Position numbers and translations under genes: made by a program. A stretch of 64,000 nucleotides of DNA. It comes from Spirochaetia bacterium (GTDB taxonomy: Bacteria > Spirochaetota > Spirochaetia > SZUA-6 > Bin103). Each line of letters opens with the position of its first letter. The stretch's first letter is position 1. The stretch covers positions 2,848,001 to 2,912,000 of the forward strand of contig OZ241863.1 of assembly GCA_965203055.1 (NCBI GenBank), read 5' to 3'. The notes below the pieces were generated by a model. It did no database searches and was not told where the DNA came from. It saw only the letters and a program-made list of their open reading frames with translations. Positions 57,882-64,000 of the stretch are shown here, piece after piece.

Positions 57882-57936
57882 ACGACAACGCCCATAGCGC
57901 CCCGTGGCTCGCCTTGGCGCCTCCGCCTGGTACCCA

Positions 57937-58436
57937 ATTGTGCGGATCGACGTGGGACAAGAGGCCCTTGAGCCGCTCCAAGCCCGCCGGCACTCATCGT
58001 CGATCACCGCTTGAGTTCCCAGCGCCCGCACCCGATCCGCCGGCGCCGCCAGCTCCGGGTCCACCTCGGCCAGCAAATGCATCACCTGCCGGCTGCTCCT
58101 GCCGGCCGCCTGCTCCACCGGCGCTCGCCGCGCCTCCGAGTCCAGCGCCGGCTGCCGCTCCGCCGGCCGCGCCGGCGCCGAGCCGTCCTGCGACTGAGCG
58201 GCAGCCCTGAACCCGATCCCGCCGGGCGTGCTGCGCGCCGCGCGTTCCCGCTTGCGCTCCGGCCGGTCAAAAGCGTTCTGCAACTGCGCGGCCGCGTTCA
58301 GCGTAATCGAGCCGTTCTGCAGACGCTCGCGCACGCCGTCGACGTCCGCGCAGAGCCGCATCGCCTTGATGCGCCGCCATGCCGCGGCGTCGCTGTAGCC
58401 CAGCTCGCCCACCGCGTAATCGAACAGGGTCGAACG
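57937..58436 (-). pseudogene. Fragment of a DUF222/HNH-endonuclease-type gene
   Basis: TLFDYAVGELGYSDAAAWRRIKAMRL...; frameshifted continuation GLERLKGLLSHVDPH; no start and no HNH end. Confidence 0.6.
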
Positions 58437-58555
58437 TACTGCCGGGCTTCGAGGTAGCCGTGGAGCATCTGTTTCGCCCGCGGAGCGTCGGGTAGCAGAA
58501 CCGTCCGCCGTTTCTTATACAACCGGAGCGCGGCCGCCGGCTCTGCCCCACCCAG

Positions 58556-59864
58556 TCACAGTTTACCGGTGAAAAACCTCGGCAGAAGCTGGTCGCGAAG
58601 GCCGCGGAGATGGCGGGATTCTCGTTTGTTGGCCTCGATCTTATCCAGCAGCGGATCGACCAGGCTGGAGAAACTCGCTCTGATTGCGAAATCCGCCAGT
58701 GCCACCGGCGTCGCTGCCACCACGGCGGGCCGGACGGCGGGATAGGCGCTGCCGTCGGCGAGCAGCGACAAGCGGGCAAGGTTGGCCGCGGAAGTGACGG
58801 CGCACCAGACCAGTGCGCGGTCGGCTGCCTCGCGCGGGCGCAACACTGCGAAGCCGGTACTGCCGGTCAGGCCATCTTCATCGACCAGCGCAAACGCGCC
58901 GTTTCCCGGCCGCACGGTAGCCATGATCGTGTCGCGTTTGCGGAGCACCCGTCGGGCGCGGCTTGGCGCTTCTTCCCAAGGCATGGTCGCCACGTTCTCC
59001 AGGTATCCCCACTTGGTGTTCGCCAGATCGACATAGGATAGTTCGGTCGGGCGCCGCTTGGCGGACCAGGACTCCGGATTGAGCGATGCGACATCGTGAA
59101 CCGTTCCGCGGCGCCATCCTTCCGGCACCTGGCGATTTCCGATCCCAACGATGCGCTCGGGAAACAGATCATAGATGGGCTCCTGCAAGCCGGTGTCGCG
59201 GCCTGCCATCTTGGCGCGCACCGGCTCGAAATCGACGAACCAGGACTTGAACAGCGCCCGTACCATCGCCTCCAGCGTCTCGTTCATGCGCCGGTTCAGA
59301 TCGATCTTGTCGTCCAGCGAGCCGAGCACGTGCCCGATGGCGCGTTGTTCGGATGGCGACGGAACGGCAACCCTCATGGTTTCGAGGTCGCGCCGCGTTA
59401 CGTGCCCGAGGCCGGTCGTCTGCTTGTTCTTTGCGATGGCAACGAAGTGGGGGTTGAGGTAACGCAACAGGTAGTGGAAGAACGCGGTATCGACGTCGTC
59501 GACCGGCGTGACTCGGAATACGTGCTGGTTCAGCCAGCCCTCCGGTCCCCGCCACCGGTACGCATCGATGGACGTCTCCGGTTGACCTGACCAGGAGAAC
59601 AGCAGGTCGCCGGCGCGAACGCGAACCGCGTCGTCGAAGGTCTGCGTCGTAAACCTGGTCTGCGCTGATATGCCGGCTTTGATCTCGGCGATCTTGATCA
59701 CCGGTTTGCCGCCCGGCAGCGGGGCTGAACTGGATGTTCCGAAAGGCCAAGCCGTTGACCCAATGGGCCAGGGAGAGCAGCGACCGTCGTTGCCAGTGCT
59801 TGGGAAACCGGGGACGGTAGTGCCAACTGGGCGCCGAGCTGCTGCCGGCGGGTTCACCCGTCAC
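58556..59864 (-). pseudogene. hsdS: Type I restriction-modification specificity subunit, frameshifted, orphan
   Basis: GDLLFSWSG, LNQH, P..EQRAI..VLGSLDDKI.LN..MN.TLE....LFKSWF, second TRD with STGF. The N-terminus (…NGLAFRNIQFSP) is in another frame, with the shift near 59711-59722. Confidence 0.8.
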
Positions 59865-59901
59865 GCCCGAGATACTACCGGGGCGCAACGAGGCGCCGCG
59901 T

Positions 59902-60034
59902 CTTCGGCGCCGAAGTTGCGTCGCCCGCCGGCGTCGCTGCCGAAGTGTCCGGGCGATCCGCGCCGCGGTCCGCCTTCAGCGGCGTAGCGGCTTCGCCGCC
60001 GAAGTTGTGTTGTTCGCCGGCGTCGCTGCCGAAG
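59902..60034. repeat. Two 44-nt imperfect direct repeats with palindromic head
   Basis: 59902-59945 and 59991-60034 are 39/44 identical; head CTTCGGCGCCGAAG is a palindrome; 45-nt spacer. Confidence 0.8.
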
Positions 60035-60188
60035 CGCCTTTACTTGGTTGTTGGGCATTGGCGATTCAGCCGCAGGGTACCACGCGCCGCCCGGCCGGGT
60101 TGGCGCGCCGGCAGCGCCTCTCAGATAGATGCCCTGGCCCTTCCGGTTTGCTGCGGTCTTTGCTATTGTCCGCGAACGCTGAGAGATC

Positions 60189-61562
60189 ATGGCTGCCGTC
60201 ATCGAACAGGACCAACCCGCCGCGCGCTGGGCCGCGCTTACGCGCGGGACGCTCTACCATCTGCTGCCGGGCCGGGAGCAACGCGCGCTCAGGGAGGTGC
60301 ACGCCCGCTATCCGCTGACGGTGCAGGAGATGAGACTGCTGTGCGAGGCGGCGCGCGACCTGGAGATGTGGGGCGAGCCCGGGTTGGCGGACTGGTGGCA
60401 GCGGGCCGACTTGCCAGACGACCGGCGGGCGGCCGGGCAGGCAGGCGGTCCGGCCGGCGGGCAGGCTGGCGCGGCGCTGCAACCGGCGCCGTCCCCGGAG
60501 CCTCCCCAGGGCTTGGCTCGGGCGCGCAAGCGGCAGCTCCTGCAGCGCCTCCGCGAGCATACCGACGCGTTGCGCGGCGCGGCCACCCGCTACCCGCCGG
60601 CGCGCGCGCGGCAGCCGGACCGCCCGCCGCTGCACCTGGTGCCCGGCGCGCCCGGCGAGGAGGTGTTCGGCGACTGCCCGGTGCGCTCCGAGCGTACCCT
60701 GTGCTGCAACCTGAAGACCATCGACGCGGTCAAGAACTGCGCCTTCGGCTGCAGCTATTGCACCATCCAGACCTTCTACGGCGATCGGGTGGCGGTGGAC
60801 CCCGACCTGGGCGCCAAGCTGCGGCGGCTGCAGTTGGAACCGGGCCGCTTCTATCACGTCGGCTCGGGGCAGTCCTCCGATTCGCTGGTGTGGGGCAACC
60901 GCGGCGGCATCCTCGATCATCTGTGTGAGTTCGCGGCCGAGCACCCGGACGTGCTCCTGGAGCTCAAGACGAAGTCGGCGAACGTCGCCTGGTTTCTGGA
61001 ACCGGGGCGCGAGCTGCCGCCCAACCTGGTGTGTAGCTGGTCGCTCAACACCGAACCGGTGGCCGCGCATGAGGAACATTTCACCGCCTCGCCGGAGCAG
61101 CGTCTGCGCGCCGCGCGGCGGGTCGCGGACCGCGGCGTCAAGGTGGCCTTCCACTTCCATCCCATGGTTCATTACGCCGGTTGGGAGCGGGACTATCCGG
61201 CGCTGGCCGGGCGCCTGATGGAGCGGTTCGACGTTGCCGAGGTGCTGTTCGTTTCGTTCGGCTCCGTGACCTTCATCAAACCGGTGGTCAAGCAGATCCG
61301 GCGCCGCGGGGAGCCGACGCGCATCCTCCAGGCGCGGCTGGTCAGGGACCCGCACGGCAAGCTGACCTATCCCGATGAGATGAAGGTGGAGATGTTCGGC
61401 ACGATGTACCGCACGCTGGCGCCCTGGCGCGGGCGGGTGTTCATGTACCTGTGCATGGAGAAGCCGGCCATCTGGGACCTCGCGTTCGGCTGGCGCTTCG
61501 CCTCCAACGAAGAGTTCGAACGGGCGTTCGCCGCCGGCACGTTGTACCGGCAGCCGGCCTAG
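60189..61562 (+). CDS. Spore photoproduct lyase-like radical SAM protein
   Basis: NCAFGCSYC, GQSSDSL, LELKTKS, WSLN, FHFHP, YLCME. Confidence 0.85.
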   Translation: MAAVIEQDQPAARWAALTRGTLYHLLPGREQRALREVHARYPLTVQEMRLLCEAARDLEMWGEPGLADWWQRADLPDDRRAAGQAGGPAGGQAGAALQPAPSPEPPQGLARARKRQLLQRLREHTDALRGAATRYPPARARQPDRPPLHLVPGAPGEEVFGDCPVRSERTLCCNLKTIDAVKNCAFGCSYCTIQTFYGDRVAVDPDLGAKLRRLQLEPGRFYHVGSGQSSDSLVWGNRGGILDHLCEFAAEHPDVLLELKTKSANVAWFLEPGRELPPNLVCSWSLNTEPVAAHEEHFTASPEQRLRAARRVADRGVKVAFHFHPMVHYAGWERDYPALAGRLMERFDVAEVLFVSFGSVTFIKPVVKQIRRRGEPTRILQARLVRDPHGKLTYPDEMKVEMFGTMYRTLAPWRGRVFMYLCMEKPAIWDLAFGWRFASNEEFERAFAAGTLYRQPA

Positions 61563-61566
61563 CGGC

Positions 61567-62052
61567 ATGGCCGCGGCGCTCCGCCGCCGCCTGCTGGCGC
61601 GGCTGCGCCGGGCGGGGGTTGCCTTTACCGAGAGCGAACATGCCGCGGTACGTACCAGCGAGGAGGCCGCGGCGGTGCGCGGCGCGCCGTTGCGCAGCGG
61701 CGCCAAGGCCCTGGTACTGAAGAGCGGCGACCGCTTCCTGCTGGCGGTGCTGCCGGCGGACCGCGCGCTGGACAGCCGCGCGTTGCGCGCCGCGGCCGGC
61801 AGCCGGCGCATCCGGTTCGCCTCGCGCGAGGAGCTGCTGGAGCTGACCGGCCTGACGCCGGGGGCGGTGCCGCCGTTCGGCAGCCTGTTCGGGATGGAAA
61901 CGGTGTGCGATCCGGGACTCGCCGACAACCGCCTGATCAACTTCAATGCCGGCAGCCACCGCCACTCGGTACAGATGAACTACGCCGATTGGGCGGCCCT
62001 GGAACAGCCGCGGATCGCTCCCATCGCCGCCGCCCGCAGCCGGCCGGAATAG
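61567..62052 (+). CDS. YbaK/prolyl-tRNA editing domain protein
   Basis: AKALVLK, GLTPGAVPPFG, FNAG. Confidence 0.88.
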   Translation: MAAALRRRLLARLRRAGVAFTESEHAAVRTSEEAAAVRGAPLRSGAKALVLKSGDRFLLAVLPADRALDSRALRAAAGSRRIRFASREELLELTGLTPGAVPPFGSLFGMETVCDPGLADNRLINFNAGSHRHSVQMNYADWAALEQPRIAPIAAARSRPE

Positions 62053-62076
62053 CCGGGGACCGCGGCAGCGCGGGCC

Positions 62077-62096
62077 GCTCCCGCACCGGCGGGAGC
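62077..62096. terminator. GC hairpin between convergent genes
   Basis: GCTCCCGC-ACCG-GCGGGAGC; no U-tract. Confidence 0.35.
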
Positions 62097-62146
62097 CCCT
62101 CCGGTGGAGAATCGAGCCACGAGCACGCGGGGGTGGAACCGTTGGC

Positions 62147-62632
62147 TCACGGCTGCGGCAGGACGCGCGCGTCGCGCAGAATCCGCTCGACGCACTGCGC
62201 CACCCCGGCGCGGCTGGTATCGACGATGCTGTCGACCGGGTCGGGCGGCGTATAGGAGGCGGCGTCCCAGGAACGGCGGTACACCCCCTTGAAGTCACGG
62301 CGCCGGGCGACCTCGGGCGGACACCGCAGCCACGCCAGGAACAGACCGGGCAGCGCCCGCGCCGGCGCCCGGATCTGCTCGGTCGGAGACACCATCGCCA
62401 CCACCACGTCGATGTCGCGCGCCAAGCGCCCGGCCAGGTCGGCCACGCGGCGTACGTTCTCCAGCCGGTCGGCGGCGGAAAAGCCGAGCTGCCGGCTCAG
62501 CGCCCCCCGCCGCACCACGTCGCCGTCGATCAGACACGCCACCCGGCCCAACTCGCCCAGCCGTTCCACCAGCGCGCGGCCGATGGTGGTCTTGCCGGAA
62601 CAGGGCATGCCGGTGAGCCAAAATACTGCCAT
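62147..62632 (-). CDS. cysC: Adenylyl-sulfate kinase-like protein
   Basis: WLTGMPCSGKTT, DGDVVR, LGFS..DR.EN.RR, RDFKG.Y. Confidence 0.8.
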   Translation of the reverse strand: MAVFWLTGMPCSGKTTIGRALVERLGELGRVACLIDGDVVRRGALSRQLGFSAADRLENVRRVADLAGRLARDIDVVVAMVSPTEQIRAPARALPGLFLAWLRCPPEVARRRDFKGVYRRSWDAASYTPPDPVDSIVDTSRAGVAQCVERILRDARVLPQP

Positions 62633-62845
62633 CAGGTGCCCCTCCAATATACCTTGAGTCCGCAGCATCGGATTCAGCTTGGATTGTTGGCCGGCAGGGC
62701 GAACGGGAAGCTCGCGCGGCGGCTATGGCGGAGCACCGGGGCACCAAGTATGACGGGCGCGCTCCGGTCGCCCCGGCGCCGGTCCGCGAGAGGCCGCGAT
62801 CAGGCGGCACGATTCGCCGCAACGTGCTATAACCTGAGGTCAGGC

Positions 62846-63640
62846 ATGCAGAAAAAACTTCACCGGCTTGAAGGGATCCTGACCCGCATGGGCAGCGTCG
62901 CGGTGGCGCTGTCGGGGGGCGTGGACAGCGGTCTGGTGGCCAAGGTTGCCCGGGACCGCCTCGGTGACGCGGCCATTGCCCTGACCGCGGCGTCGCCGAG
63001 TCTCCCGGCGCAGGAGCGCCGGGCGGTGACCGAACTGGTAGCGCGCATCGGCATCCGGCACCTGTTTCTGGACAGCCGCGAGACCGCGGACCCGCGCTAT
63101 CGGGCCAACGCCCCGGACCGCTGCTACTTCTGCAAGACCAACGTCTACGAAGTGCTGGTCGACTACGCCGAAGGCGAAGGCTATCGCTGCGTGGTGGACG
63201 GCACCAATGCGGACGACGCCGGCGACCACCGCCCCGGCCGGCGCGCGGCGCGCGAGCGGGGGGTGCGCAGCCCGCTGCAGGAGGCCGCGGTCGGCAAGGC
63301 CGAGGTGCGCGCCATGGCCAAGGAGCTGGGCCTGCCGATCTGGGACAAGCCGGCGGCGGCCTGTCTGGCGTCGCGCATCCCCTACGGTTCGCCGGTGACG
63401 CACGCCAAGCTGAGTCAGGTGGAGGCGGCGGAGGCGTTGTTGGGCGCGCTCGGGCTGCGCCAACTGCGCGTGCGCCACCACGGCCAGGTTGCGCGCCTGG
63501 AGGTGGAGCCGCACGATCTGGAACTGGTGCTGGCGCACCGGCGGCGGATTGCGCGCGGGTTGAAGGAGCTGGGGTTCGTGTACGTGACGCTGGACCTGGA
63601 AGGCTTCCGCTCCGGCAGCATGAACGAAGCGCTGCGGTGA
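62846..63640 (+). CDS. larE: ATP-dependent sulfur transferase LarE
   Basis: SGGVDS, RCYFCK, DGTNADD..DHRPG, KPAAACLASRIPYG, RVRHH, GFRSGSMN. Confidence 0.93.
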   Translation: MQKKLHRLEGILTRMGSVAVALSGGVDSGLVAKVARDRLGDAAIALTAASPSLPAQERRAVTELVARIGIRHLFLDSRETADPRYRANAPDRCYFCKTNVYEVLVDYAEGEGYRCVVDGTNADDAGDHRPGRRAARERGVRSPLQEAAVGKAEVRAMAKELGLPIWDKPAAACLASRIPYGSPVTHAKLSQVEAAEALLGALGLRQLRVRHHGQVARLEVEPHDLELVLAHRRRIARGLKELGFVYVTLDLEGFRSGSMNEALR

Positions 63641-64000
63641 CCGAAGAGCTGCTGGCCGCCCTGCTCGGCGAGGTGCGGGCCGGACGCCTGGAGGTGGCCG
63701 CGGCGCTGGACCGGCTGCGCGGCTTTCCGGTAGACGCCGCGGTGGCCGGCGCGCGGCTGGATACCCAGCGGGCGTTGCGCACCGGGGTGGCCGAGGTGGT
63801 GTTGTGCAGCGGCAAGAGCGCCGCGCAGGTGGCGCAGATTCTGCAGCGGCTGCAGGCCCACCACGGCCGCGCGCTGGGCACCCGCGCTACCCCTGAGCAG
63901 GCGCGCCAGGTACGGGAAGAGCTGGCCGCGGCGGCCTACGATCCGGTGTCGCGGTTGCTCACCCTGGGCGCGCCGCCGGAGCCGGAGCGCGGCGCCGCGC
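63637..64000 (+). CDS. larB: Nickel pincer cofactor biosynthesis protein LarB, runs off the right edge
   Basis: Not in the ORF track; GTG overlaps the larE stop; ARLDTQRALRTGVAEVVLCSGKS...LGTRA. Confidence 0.85.
   Translation, partial: MTEELLAALLGEVRAGRLEVAAALDRLRGFPVDAAVAGARLDTQRALRTGVAEVVLCSGKSAAQVAQILQRLQAHHGRALGTRATPEQARQVREELAAAAYDPVSRLLTLGAPPEPERGAA

Noticed and set aside
59902..60034. CRISPR array
   Set aside because: Only two imperfect units, with no cas genes or leader.

Overview
High-GC bacterial chromosomal window. Spirochaete-style 'LFAGG' solute-binding-protein leader, a PLHDH-type MraY, several PhyH dioxygenases and many AAA-nuclease paralogs suggest a host-associated (possibly sponge) Spirochaetaceae-like genome, which is inference only. 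It is mostly scattered housekeeping and catabolic genes: Fe3+ SBP, mraY, a peptide-type ABC importer, SDRs, aminotransferases, an atypical transketolase, sialidase, Tm-1-like pair, SPL-like radical SAM and larE/larB. These are interleaved with A/T-richer defence-type inserts. Highlights: (1) a divergent P450 / GPP34(GOLPH3)-P450 fusion / acyltransferase-3 / GH3 amido-synthetase cluster; (2) a defence island in which two equal-length, mosaic AAA-PD-(D/E)XK paralogs bracket an inverted cassette (putative toxin + ImmA/IrrE-like protein lacking HExxH + UDG-like protein), next to a Septu/PtuAB-like ATPase-HNH pair; (3) a UGA-readthrough selenoprotein (UxxC peroxiredoxin-like) with a SECIS-like hairpin, split by the ORF caller; (4) two small TM/coiled-coil paralogs 37 kb apart with a 40/41-identical upstream motif and a shared 3' end; (5) repeated internal-deletion scars in R-M, TA, DUF3226, HNH and hsdS genes. 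No rRNA, tRNA, CRISPR array or intact transposase/integrase was recognised. Family calls come from motif recognition by eye, not database searches.
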